A stretch of 64,000 nucleotides of DNA, taken from assembly GCA_963717505.1 (NCBI GenBank), contig OY970342.1, forward strand, positions 3,232,001 through 3,296,000, read 5' to 3'. The DNA is from Candidatus Eiseniibacteriota bacterium. Lineage in GTDB: Bacteria > Eisenbacteria > RBG-16-71-46. The translations under genes were made by a program, and so were the position numbers. Under the pieces are notes generated by a model that saw only the letters and a program-made list of their open reading frames with translations, did no database searches and was not told where the DNA came from. Shown here one piece after another: positions 41,701 through 48,839 of the stretch; the stretch's first letter is position 1; each line of letters opens with the position of its first letter.

Positions 41701-44212
41701 CGTCCTGATGGACGCGAACAAGTCGGTGACTGCGACCTTCACGATCAACACCTACACGCTGGGCGTCACGATCGTCGGTTCGGGCTCGGTCGCCAAGAAC
41801 CCGGATCAGCCAACCTACAACCATGGGACGAGCGTGCAGCTGACTGCGACGCCTGACCCGACCTGGAACTTCGTCGGCTGGAGCGGAGCCGCCACCGGCA
41901 CGACCAATCCGGTCAGCGTCCTGATGGACGCCAACAAGTCGGTGACCGCGACCTTCGCACTCAACGCGTATGCGCTCAGCGTCACGGTCGTCGGCTCGGG
42001 CACGGTCGCCAAGAACCCCGATCAGGCGACCTATGGCCACGGTACCAGCGTCGAGCTGACCGCGAACGCGGCGACGGGCTGGACGTTCAGCGGCTGGAGC
42101 GGAGCCGCCACGGGTTCGACCAACCCGGTCAACCTGGTGATGGACGCCAACAAGAGCGTGACCGCGACCTTCACCGTCAACACCTACACGCTGGGCGTCA
42201 CGATCGTCGGTTCGGGCTCGGTCGCCAAGAACCCGGATCAGCCGACCTACAACCACGGGACGAGCGTGCAGCTGACCGCGATGCCGGCGGCGGGATGGAT
42301 GTTCAGCGCCTGGAGCGGCGATGCCAGCGGAACGACCAACCCGGTCAACGTGGTGATGGATGCCAACAAGAGCGTCACCGCCTCGTTCGCGATCAATCCG
42401 CAGCAGTTGACCTTCAACCCGCAGCACGACGGTCGCGTCCAGTCGGACAATCCGACGCGGAGCTACGGGACTGGAACCGGAACCGTACCGCTGCTGCGCG
42501 TGCGGAACACGGGTCCCACGGTGCACTCGTACCTCAAGTTCCAGCTGTCCGGCCTCGCCGGTCCGGCGGCCAGCGCCAAGCTCCGGCTCTTCTGCGTCGA
42601 CGCCAGCACGGACGGCGGTGGCGTCTACTCGGTGTCGAACAACTACGTCGGGACGTCGACGCCGTGGGTCGAGACCGGCCTGACCTGGAACACCGCGCCC
42701 GGGGTCTCGGGCGCGCCGCTCGCCCAGGTCGGCAACGCCAACCTGAACGCCTGGGTCGAGGTCGACGTCACTTCCGCGATCACCGGCGACGGCACCTTCA
42801 GCTTCGCGTTGACCAGTGCCTCGACCAACATCGCCGGATACGAGTCGAAGGAGGGAGCGAATCCCCCACAACTGGTGATCAACGGCGGCGGGGTTCCAAA
42901 CCTGACCCCGACGGTCCAGTCGTTCACCCCGACCAGTGGCATCGCCGGCACCGAGGTCACGATTGCCGGGACTCACTTCACCGGCGCGACTGGCGCCAGC
43001 TTCGGCGGGGTGGCGGCCAGTTCGTTCACCGTCGATTCCGACGTCCAGGTTCGCGCCACGGTCGCCGCGGGTGCGGTCACGGGACCAGTGCGAGTCACGA
43101 CACCCGAGGGCACGGGTGTCAGCGCGAGCAACTTCACCATCATCGCACCGCCGACCGTGAGCAATTTCTCGCCGGGCAGCGGCTCGCCGGGGACCCAGGT
43201 CACGCTCATCGGAACCGGCTTTGGGCTCGCCACCAGCGTCGCGTTCAATGCGGTCGCGGCGACCTTCATCGTCGACAGTGACGCCCAGATTCGGGCGACC
43301 GTCCCGGGTGGGGCGACCACCGGCCCGATCTCGGTTGGCAACCCGGCCGGGACGGGCACGAGCCCGAGCAGTTTCGTGGTCACCGCGCCGCCGCCGCAGG
43401 TGACGTTCACGCCGGTGGCCGACGCGCGCGTCCAATCCGCCAACCCGACCACCAACTACGGTTCCGGATCCGGGACCAATTCACTGCTGCGGGTGAGGAG
43501 CACGGGACCGACCATCAACTCGTACCTCAAGTTCCAGGTGGCCGGCGTCTCGGGACCGGTGGTCAACGCCAAGCTGCGACTGTTCTGCGTGGACGAGAGC
43601 GTCGATGGCGGCAGGGTCTACTCGGTGTCGAACAACTACGTCGGCACCTCGACGCCATGGCTCGAGAACGGGCTGATCTGGAACAACGCGCCGGCCATCA
43701 GCGGCTCGCCGCTTTCCCAACACGGAGCGGTGCCGATCAACGCCTGGGTCGAGTTCGACGTGACCGCCGCGGTCACCGGCGACGGAACCTACAGCTTCGC
43801 TCTGGCCAGCAACTCGACCAACATCGTCGGCTACAACTCGAAGGAGAGCGCGACGCCGCCGCAGCTGGTGATCGACGTCGGCACGGGCGCGGCGGCGGCT
43901 ACCGCGTCGATCGATATCGGCGCTTCGTCGGTCGGCCGAGTTTCGCTCGGCCCGGCGTACCCGAATCCGTTCCGCAGCCAGGTCTCGATGCGACTCGAGC
44001 TACCTCGGGAGGATCGCGTACGGCTCGAGGTCTATGACGTGCTCGGACGCCGGGTAAAGGTCCTGGCGGACGGCGACTATGCGCCTGGGGCGCACGAGTT
44101 CACCTGGGACGGTCGCAATGAGATCGGCGCACGGGTCGAAGCCGGGATCTACATGATCCACCTCGAAGCCCAGGGGGTCACCGCCCGGCGCAAGGCTGTC
44201 CTGGTTCGCTAA
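35711..44212 (+). CDS. Giant secreted multidomain protein (~2830 aa): propeller-like domain, 7 IPT/TIG, 3 DNRLRE-like, 17 InlB-B-like repeats, FlgD-Ig-like C-terminal domain; three apparent +1 insertions
   Basis: Signal peptide (AWA-Q); repeated F.PTSG..GT.VT.TG IPT units; DARV...SYLKF...AKLRLFC units; 72-aa GWTF.GWSG repeats; PNPFR C-terminal domain; start ATG 35711 or 35729. Confidence 0.88.
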   Translation: MRLETLMRERPLFFARALGSIAALVGFASTALPAWAQTPILAGYRDFNYGSTAINTPTGEKPESKLWWNDGFWWGILWDPASNRYEIHKFNVGTQSWASTNVAADTRSNAKADALWDGTNLFIAFHVFANEGGPVSPSQAASLYRYSYNAGTDQYSLDFGFPVTINGSNSETLVLAKDGTGQLWITWTERVSPTNTLTKVMINHSMGTNHLSWGTPYRIPVQTQDADPDDIASVIALPGKIGVFWSDQENEVDYFAVHLDGAADDVWQPRETALIDPVLANIADDHISMVADPAGNLYVATKTSLNLPATNPIIYLLKRTPAGVWSRYVVATVGDQHTRAIVQLDDGGNLYVFMTYDPGGPEPQQLIYLKSTNTSNIQFPTGFGTPFIQSTTDDLVNNSTGTKQLLNATTDLLVIASDQSSHYYMHNMLPIGSTGPSIASFLPLSGVAGTEVTLTGSGFTGATNVRFNGLNAPGFVLDNANQIRVNVPVGATTGPISVEAPSGTGISSSSFTIQTVPTVASFLPTSGPPATEVTVSGTGFLGTTNVTFNGVSATYTVDSNTQLRANVPVGATTGPIAVTNGVGTGTSASNFTVTAPPPVVTFAPIHDARVEAANPTTSFPGTGTGTNLLLRVGVASSNPINSYLKFNVSGLAGPVVDAKLRLFCNDDSPDGGRIYAVSNNYLGTSTPWLETGLNWNNAPTIGGTILDQKANVPDESWVEFNVTPAITGNGVFSLGITSPHVNLAAYYQKEGVSPPQLVVTIAAGAPTIANFNPTSGPPGTQVTVTGTNFSSVTAVTFNGVAAASFIVDNATQLRATVPAAAGSGPIGITNSNGTTFSATNFTVDPPTITNFTPTSGHIGATVVITGTQFSTVSSVRFNGVSAGFVINNPTQITATVPSGATTGPISVLNPAGSASSGTNFTVILPPTIASFNPTSGPSGTQVTVTGTQYSSVTAVTFNGVAASSFIIDSPTQLRANVPNGTNTGPIGVTNLAATTNSATNFTVVKYTLATTPVGSGTIGRVPDQPSYDNGTTVQLTATPSVGWTFTGWTGDASGTTNPVNVLMNANKTVTGTFTVNTYTLAVTPIGSGTVGRVPDQPTYNHGTSVQLTATPAVGWTFTGWTGALTGTTNPANLLMDGNKSVTATFTINTYTLGVTTVGLGAVEQEPEPGDLRPRDERPADRNPDGGVDVYRLEWRRYRSDQSAQPGDGRHQVGDRNVLAQRLRDECRGGRVRLGRQESRSGDLQSRDQRPADRNAGNGVDVHELERRRHRRHQSGHRTDGREQDGDRDLHHQHLHAGCHERGLGLGHEESKSGHLRPRHERRADRDPGHRLDVHRLERQRDRHDQSGQCPDGRQQERHRDFRDQHLHTRRDGGRLRLGRQESRSAELRPRNQRRADRDPGRRLDVQLAGAAHATGSTNPVSVLMDANKSVTATFTINTYTLGVTIVGSGSVAKNPDQGTYDHGTSVELTAVSATGWTFAGWSDDATGVTNPVNVLMDDNKSVTVTFTINTYTLGVTVVGSGSVAKNPDQPTYEHGTNVELTATPDPTWNFIGWSGDATGLNNPVNVLMDANKSVTATFALNAYALSVTLVGSGSVARNPDQASYDHGTSVELTATPATGWTFTGWSGDASGSTNPVTVLMEATRNVTATFTVNTYTLAVDAIGSGSVSWIPDQPTYDHGTIIALTASPSPTWHLVGWSGDASGSESPLNLLMDGNKSVIATFALNTYTLSVTVVGSGSVGRNPDQPSYDHGTTVDLTANPATGWTFTGWSGDATGTTNPVNVLMDANKSVTATFTANTYTLAVNTVGSGTVAKNPDQPSYDHGTSVELTASPVTGWTFTGWSGDATGSTNPVNVLMDGNKSVTATFTINTYTLAVTTVGSGSVAKNPDQATYDHGTSVQLTAAPDPTWNFVGWSGGATGTTNPVNVLMDANKSVTATFALNAYALSVTVVGSGTVAKNPDQATYGHGTSVELTANAAAGWTFSDWSGDATGSTNPVNVLMDANKSVTATFTINTYTLGVTIVGSGSVAKNPDQPTYNHGTSVQLTATPDPTWNFVGWSGAATGTTNPVSVLMDANKSVTATFALNAYALSVTVVGSGTVAKNPDQATYGHGTSVELTANAATGWTFSGWSGAATGSTNPVNLVMDANKSVTATFTVNTYTLGVTIVGSGSVAKNPDQPTYNHGTSVQLTAMPAAGWMFSAWSGDASGTTNPVNVVMDANKSVTASFAINPQQLTFNPQHDGRVQSDNPTRSYGTGTGTVPLLRVRNTGPTVHSYLKFQLSGLAGPAASAKLRLFCVDASTDGGGVYSVSNNYVGTSTPWVETGLTWNTAPGVSGAPLAQVGNANLNAWVEVDVTSAITGDGTFSFALTSASTNIAGYESKEGANPPQLVINGGGVPNLTPTVQSFTPTSGIAGTEVTIAGTHFTGATGASFGGVAASSFTVDSDVQVRATVAAGAVTGPVRVTTPEGTGVSASNFTIIAPPTVSNFSPGSGSPGTQVTLIGTGFGLATSVAFNAVAATFIVDSDAQIRATVPGGATTGPISVGNPAGTGTSPSSFVVTAPPPQVTFTPVADARVQSANPTTNYGSGSGTNSLLRVRSTGPTINSYLKFQVAGVSGPVVNAKLRLFCVDESVDGGRVYSVSNNYVGTSTPWLENGLIWNNAPAISGSPLSQHGAVPINAWVEFDVTAAVTGDGTYSFALASNSTNIVGYNSKESATPPQLVIDVGTGAAAATASIDIGASSVGRVSLGPAYPNPFRSQVSMRLELPREDRVRLEVYDVLGRRVKVLADGDYAPGAHEFTWDGRNEIGARVEAGIYMIHLEAQGVTARRKAVLVR
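38726..42400 (+). repeat. 17 tandem coding repeats of 216 bp (divergent InlB B-repeat / Flg_new-like)
   Basis: Counted 17 units of YTL.V..VGSG.V.KNPDQ.TY.HGT.V.LTA.P..GWTF.GWSG.A.G.TNPV.VLMD.NKSVTATF; span equals 17x216+3 bp. Confidence 0.93.
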
Positions 44213-44228
44213 CCCCGCATGAAACAGT

Positions 44229-44257
44229 CGTGGCCATCCCGCTCCGGGATGGCCACG
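44229..44257. terminator. Hairpin between convergent genes, probably a bidirectional terminator
   Basis: CGTGGCCATCCCG-CTC-CGGGATGGCCACG, perfect 13-bp stem. Confidence 0.72.
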
Positions 44258-44284
44258 TTCGTTGACGACGAATCGGTTTCGGCG

Positions 44285-45454
44285 CTATCGCAAGTTCGAT
44301 ACCGGCGCCGGCCGGGTGTTGTCGGGAACCACCACGGAGGGTCCCGCGTGCGTGAAGTCGGTCCACGCCATGATCTTTCCGGTACGCGCCGGGTTGTGCG
44401 ACCGATAGTTGGTGCCGTACGCCCGGTTGATCAGCCAGGGGACGAACTGTTCGTCGTCGTCGTCGGTCCACCAGCCGCCGAACTCGTTGTCGAGGTACAT
44501 CAGGTATTCGGTGGCGCGAAGCATGGCCCGATCTTCCCAGTTCCACGTGTCGAAGCCCTGGCGCGCCAGGATCTCGGCTTGCACGGCCGCGCCGGAAAGA
44601 CCTTCCCACGCGTATCCAGTGTGGCCCGGCGGCCACGCGAACGACCCGCCGCGGCTGATGTCGTCGGGCAGTGCGCCGTCGACATTGTGTCCCTGGACGG
44701 TTGCGCCTGCGGGGTTGACCGGCGTCGGCTGACTCGGGTCGGGCATCCACGTGTCGGCGCCCTGGCCGCCAAACTGATACGCGAAGCCGGCGAACGAACT
44801 GCGATCGCCGAGCCAGCCCTTGAAGACCTGCGCCGTGCGTGCGATTTCGGCCGGATCGTCCAGGTAGACCGCGACTGCGGCGCGACTGCCGCCGGCCAGC
44901 GTTCCCCAGTTGTTCGGACGATCCTCGTGGGTCGACTGCAGGGTGCGCCCGTCGAGATTCTCGGTCAGCGTCCGGCGCAGCCAGGCTCGAAACACGGTGT
45001 CGTCAGCGGTGTCGAGCCCGACCAGCTCGGCCGCGATGACATAGGCGGCCAGCTCGCGGCCCAGCGCGAGCGTGCGACCTCCGAGCTCGGTGTCGATCGC
45101 TGCCATGCAGTTCTGCACGACATCGTCGCGATAGCTCGAGACCCCGGTCCGCACGTAAACGATGGCCTTGGCCAGGACGTAGACGTTGTTGTTCTGGTCC
45201 TGATTGCTGAGCTCCGGCGTGCCTGCATCCTGATCGGCGCGCGCCTTGAGGGCGGTCCACGCCGGGCCCGACATGGGCATCGCCATGATTTCGTCGCGCG
45301 TCACCCAGATCGCTCCCTCGCCGGCGTTGCCGCGCGGTTGCGGGTCGATTTTCGGTTCGGCGGCTCGTGCGTCGACGGAATACGCGGCGCCGGCGAGCAG
45401 CAGGGCGAAGGCCAGTGTCCGCCGGACGATGTCTTGAAGGTTGCGCGAGTTCAC
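44285..45454 (-). CDS. Secreted alginate-lyase-family (alpha/alpha toroid) protein
   Basis: Signal peptide (ARA-A); PNNWGT, LPDDISRGG, GYAWEGL...AEILARQGFDTW resemble the NN(H/W) and Tyr motifs of alginate-lyase-like domains; GTG start. Confidence 0.68.
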   Translation of the reverse strand: MNSRNLQDIVRRTLAFALLLAGAAYSVDARAAEPKIDPQPRGNAGEGAIWVTRDEIMAMPMSGPAWTALKARADQDAGTPELSNQDQNNNVYVLAKAIVYVRTGVSSYRDDVVQNCMAAIDTELGGRTLALGRELAAYVIAAELVGLDTADDTVFRAWLRRTLTENLDGRTLQSTHEDRPNNWGTLAGGSRAAVAVYLDDPAEIARTAQVFKGWLGDRSSFAGFAYQFGGQGADTWMPDPSQPTPVNPAGATVQGHNVDGALPDDISRGGSFAWPPGHTGYAWEGLSGAAVQAEILARQGFDTWNWEDRAMLRATEYLMYLDNEFGGWWTDDDDEQFVPWLINRAYGTNYRSHNPARTGKIMAWTDFTHAGPSVVVPDNTRPAPVSNLR

Positions 45455-45664
45455 GATTCGACCCCCATGGATTGCGTTGTGCACGCGACCACGCTGCAAA
45501 AGGCGACCTCCTTGTCGCGACGCAGCCGTCCCCACTTCAGGACTTGCCTGGGCCGATCGGGCGCCACTCGAACGCCCTGCCCGCGAAAAGCCCAATGGCA
45601 GGGGACTGCAGGAAACCGGCGACCGCCCGTTGGTCGACCCTGGGAACGAACCGCGCCGCCGGGC

Positions 45665-45680
45665 TGCAAACGCTATGCCG
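45665..45680 (-). promoter_or_regulatory. Candidate sigma54 promoter for the lyase gene
   Basis: Minus strand CGGCATAGCGTTTGCA (GG-N10-GC). Confidence 0.55.
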
Positions 45681-45978
45681 CCAGAAACCTAGACTGCACT
45701 CGGGGGGAGGGGATCTATTCCCCGTCCTCGCCACACGACGCGCCGATCCTAGCACCCGACCGGGCCAGGAAAGTCAAAAGCGTGTGGAGACCGAGCCGAG
45801 GTTTGAGTCATGGATCGAGCGTCATCTGTCGAAACGCAATTCTAGGGGCTGGTCGGGGGCATGAAAACCACTCTCAGGCTTGTGGCCCGGACCGGCTATT
45901 TTGTAGACTCGTAACGTGTTGCGCACTCTTCGTGCTGGTTTTTCCCTGGCACCCAATGATCTCGATGAGGCCCCAAGG

Positions 45979-46524
45979 ATGAGCCCTTACCGTGCGTGCT
46001 GGTTCACCCCCTGCAAACTTCTTTACGCAGGATTTCCATTCATGGTCGCGGCCGTGGCCGTCTTCTTGGCTGCGACGCCCGCTCATGCCCAGGATCGCTC
46101 GAGCTACATCGTCGGCGAGCCTCAGGGACTGGAAATGCTGGTGCACATCGTGGGTGAGGTTCAGAGACCCGGAGAGTATCGAGTCCGCGATCGCACCAAC
46201 CTCCTCGAGCTGTTCTCCAAGGCCGGTGGCCCGACCGAATTTTCGAAGATGAACCAGATCACCATCCGGCGCGCCCCGATGTTCTCGGTGGCGACCGACT
46301 CGCTCAAGGGCTTTGGCGCTCCGACGACCGAGATCGTCGTCTTCAATCTGAAAGCCGCCATGATGGAACCCGACGCCGCGCTGCCCCCGACACTCAAGCC
46401 CGGGGACGTCGTCTTCGTGCCCAGGAACGCATGGAGCACCTGGCGCAACGTTGCTGCGGTGCTTCGCGACCTTTCGGTCGTCGCCGGCACCTACATCCTC
46501 TACCTCCGCTACCTCGAAGACTGA
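45979..46524 (+). CDS. SLBB-domain polysaccharide export protein (minimal Wza/OPX-like)
   Basis: VHIVGEVQRPGEY, LFSKAGGPT, LKPGDVVFVP, C-terminal amphipathic helix; directly upstream of wzc; start uncertain. Confidence 0.82.
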   Translation: MSPYRACWFTPCKLLYAGFPFMVAAVAVFLAATPAHAQDRSSYIVGEPQGLEMLVHIVGEVQRPGEYRVRDRTNLLELFSKAGGPTEFSKMNQITIRRAPMFSVATDSLKGFGAPTTEIVVFNLKAAMMEPDAALPPTLKPGDVVFVPRNAWSTWRNVAAVLRDLSVVAGTYILYLRYLED

Positions 46525-46558
46525 GCGTGACGGAGGCTCGCCGACTCGGAGAACTTCG

Positions 46559-48787
46559 ATGACAGACGGTTCAGGTCCGTTCGAAAGCCAGCAGATTCTT
46601 TCCGCCCTCGGCCGCATCTTCCGGCGCCGGAAGCTGCTGTTGGCGGGATGCCTGGCGATCGCCCTGATCCCGGCCGTGTACTACAACGAGACCTCGCGTC
46701 CGGTCTACGAGGCGTCGACCAGCCTGGTGTTCGAAGAGGTCAGCAACCCGATTCCGGGCGATCCCTACCGCAAGCCCTCGATCGAGCAGTACCTGTTCAA
46801 TCGGCTCGAGGAGATCAACAGCCGCTCCTTCGCCGACGACATCGCGCGCGCGATGCCCGAGAGCCTGCTGTCGCGAATTCCGCCGCCCAAGAAGACGCCC
46901 AAGCGCTACGACCGCATGGAGTACATCGGCGGTGTAATCGAGAAGTCGCTCGAGGCGCACCCGGTGCGTGGGTCGAACATCTTCACCATCAAGGTCCAGA
47001 TGCACGACCGGCGGCTATGCGTGGCGATCGCCGACCTGTCGCTCAAGGTGCTTCAGGACCGGGAATACCGTATTCACCGCCGCGGCGTCACCGACTTGCG
47101 CGCGTTCCTCGACCAGCAGCTCGAATCCTACGGCCAGCAGCTCGATGTGGCCGAACGCGACCTGCGTTCGTTCAAGGAGCGCAACAGCATCACGTCGCTC
47201 GACAGCGAGTCGAGCGAGACCTTGCGTAAGAGCACCGAGGCCGAAGTCCTGCTCAACACCACGCGCGCCAACCGTGGTGCCAGCGAAGAGCGACTGGCCA
47301 GCATTCGCAGGACGCTGGCCGCGGAGCAGCGAGATCTGATCCCGACCCTGACCAACGTCGCGAGCCCGTCGGCGCGCCGGCTCAAGGATCGTTTGGTCGA
47401 GCTGCAGGCGCAATACGCCCAGTTGCTAGCGCAGAACTACCCGGCGGATCATCCGCAGTTTGCGACCCTGCAACAGGAGATCGACAAGACCCGCGCGGCA
47501 TTGATCGAAGAGGCCAACAAGCTGGTGAGCCAGGGGATGACCAGCGACCCGATCACCCGGATCGAGACCCTGCAAGCGGAGGTGCTGACCCTGGAACTCG
47601 ACATCGAAGGCTTCAAGGCCCAGGAGGCCCAGCTTCGACAGATTGTGGAGTCCTACCGGCGAGATCTGAATCGACTCCCCAGCCAGGAACTCGAGTTGGC
47701 GCGTCTGGTGCGCGAGCGCGACGTCAGTCAGAAGATCTACACGACCTTGCTCGAGCGACGCGAGGAGGTCCGCATTTCCGAGGCGGAACGGATCGCCGAT
47801 AGCCGGCTGATCGACCGCGCGCAAAGGCCGGAATCCCCGATCAGGCCGCGCAAGGCCATGAATCTCGCCCTGGGCGCGCTGCTCGGTCTCATCCTCGGGA
47901 TGGGGATTGGGCTCGTGATCGAGGGCGGCGCCAAGGATCTCGACTCGACCATCGAGTTCGAGAAGACGACCGGCTGGCCGGTACTGGCTCTGGTCCCACG
48001 CATGCGTTCGAGCCGGACGTGGCCCAAGCTGCCCTGGCAGTTGGGCCGCAACCGGCGAAGCCCGGGGGAGCAGCACAACGCATTGATCTCGCACGTCGAG
48101 CCAGCGTCCGCAGCCGGCGAGGCCTACCTCATCTTACGCACTCGGCTCGAACTCCTCGGTGTCGGCACCCGCTACCGCTCGTTGCTGGTGACCAGCACCT
48201 GGCCGGGAGAGGGCAAGTCGACCACGGTTTCCAATCTCGCCGCGGCGTTCGGCGGCGCCGGCCACTCGACGCTGGTGGTCGACGCCGAGCTGCGCCGCCC
48301 GGTGATGCACCAGATCTTCGGACTGCGCCGCTCTCCGGGCTTGAGCGACGTGCTGATCGCGCGCAATGGCGATGCCCCGAAGCCCGACGACGTCCACTAT
48401 CGCGACCCGGTTCAGGACGCCTTCCGCACCACCCACGTTCCGGGGGTCTCGGTGCTGACCTGCGGCAAACGCATCGATCAGGCGCGCTGGGAGATCTCGC
48501 AGAAGGACCTGCGGTCGCTCACCGACGACATCCGGCAACGATTCGAGGTCGTGCTCATCGACTCCGCCTCGCCGCTGCTGGTGCACGACACGCTGATGCT
48601 GTGTTCGATCGTGGACGCGGTGCTGGTGGTCGTGGAAGCGCGCGGATTCGACCAGCGACGCTTCCAGGAGACCAAGCGCCTGATCGATTCCGCCGGTGGC
48701 AACGTCGTGGGCGTCATCGTCAACAAGATCGATCCGGCCGGTAAGTACGGCTACTACTATAGCCACTACTACAGCCATCAGGCCTGA
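46559..48787 (+). CDS. wzc: Polysaccharide co-polymerase / tyrosine autokinase Wzc
   Basis: Two TM segments around a coiled-coil; PESPIRP; PGEGKST Walker A; DAELRRP; C-terminal YGYYYSHYY cluster. Confidence 0.93.
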   Translation: MTDGSGPFESQQILSALGRIFRRRKLLLAGCLAIALIPAVYYNETSRPVYEASTSLVFEEVSNPIPGDPYRKPSIEQYLFNRLEEINSRSFADDIARAMPESLLSRIPPPKKTPKRYDRMEYIGGVIEKSLEAHPVRGSNIFTIKVQMHDRRLCVAIADLSLKVLQDREYRIHRRGVTDLRAFLDQQLESYGQQLDVAERDLRSFKERNSITSLDSESSETLRKSTEAEVLLNTTRANRGASEERLASIRRTLAAEQRDLIPTLTNVASPSARRLKDRLVELQAQYAQLLAQNYPADHPQFATLQQEIDKTRAALIEEANKLVSQGMTSDPITRIETLQAEVLTLELDIEGFKAQEAQLRQIVESYRRDLNRLPSQELELARLVRERDVSQKIYTTLLERREEVRISEAERIADSRLIDRAQRPESPIRPRKAMNLALGALLGLILGMGIGLVIEGGAKDLDSTIEFEKTTGWPVLALVPRMRSSRTWPKLPWQLGRNRRSPGEQHNALISHVEPASAAGEAYLILRTRLELLGVGTRYRSLLVTSTWPGEGKSTTVSNLAAAFGGAGHSTLVVDAELRRPVMHQIFGLRRSPGLSDVLIARNGDAPKPDDVHYRDPVQDAFRTTHVPGVSVLTCGKRIDQARWEISQKDLRSLTDDIRQRFEVVLIDSASPLLVHDTLMLCSIVDAVLVVVEARGFDQRRFQETKRLIDSAGGNVVGVIVNKIDPAGKYGYYYSHYYSHQA

Positions 48788-48839
48788 CCGCCCTTGGCGG
48801 GCTTCGCCACGGGCTCACGTCCCAAGGATTCCCGCTGAG

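Noticed and set aside
38726-42400. CRISPR array or non-coding repeat
   Set aside because: The units are 216-bp in-frame coding repeats without unique spacers, and no cas genes are present.
44219-45982. 587-aa plus-strand ORF
   Set aside because: It is antisense to the lyase gene and spans a terminator hairpin and promoter region, with no motifs.
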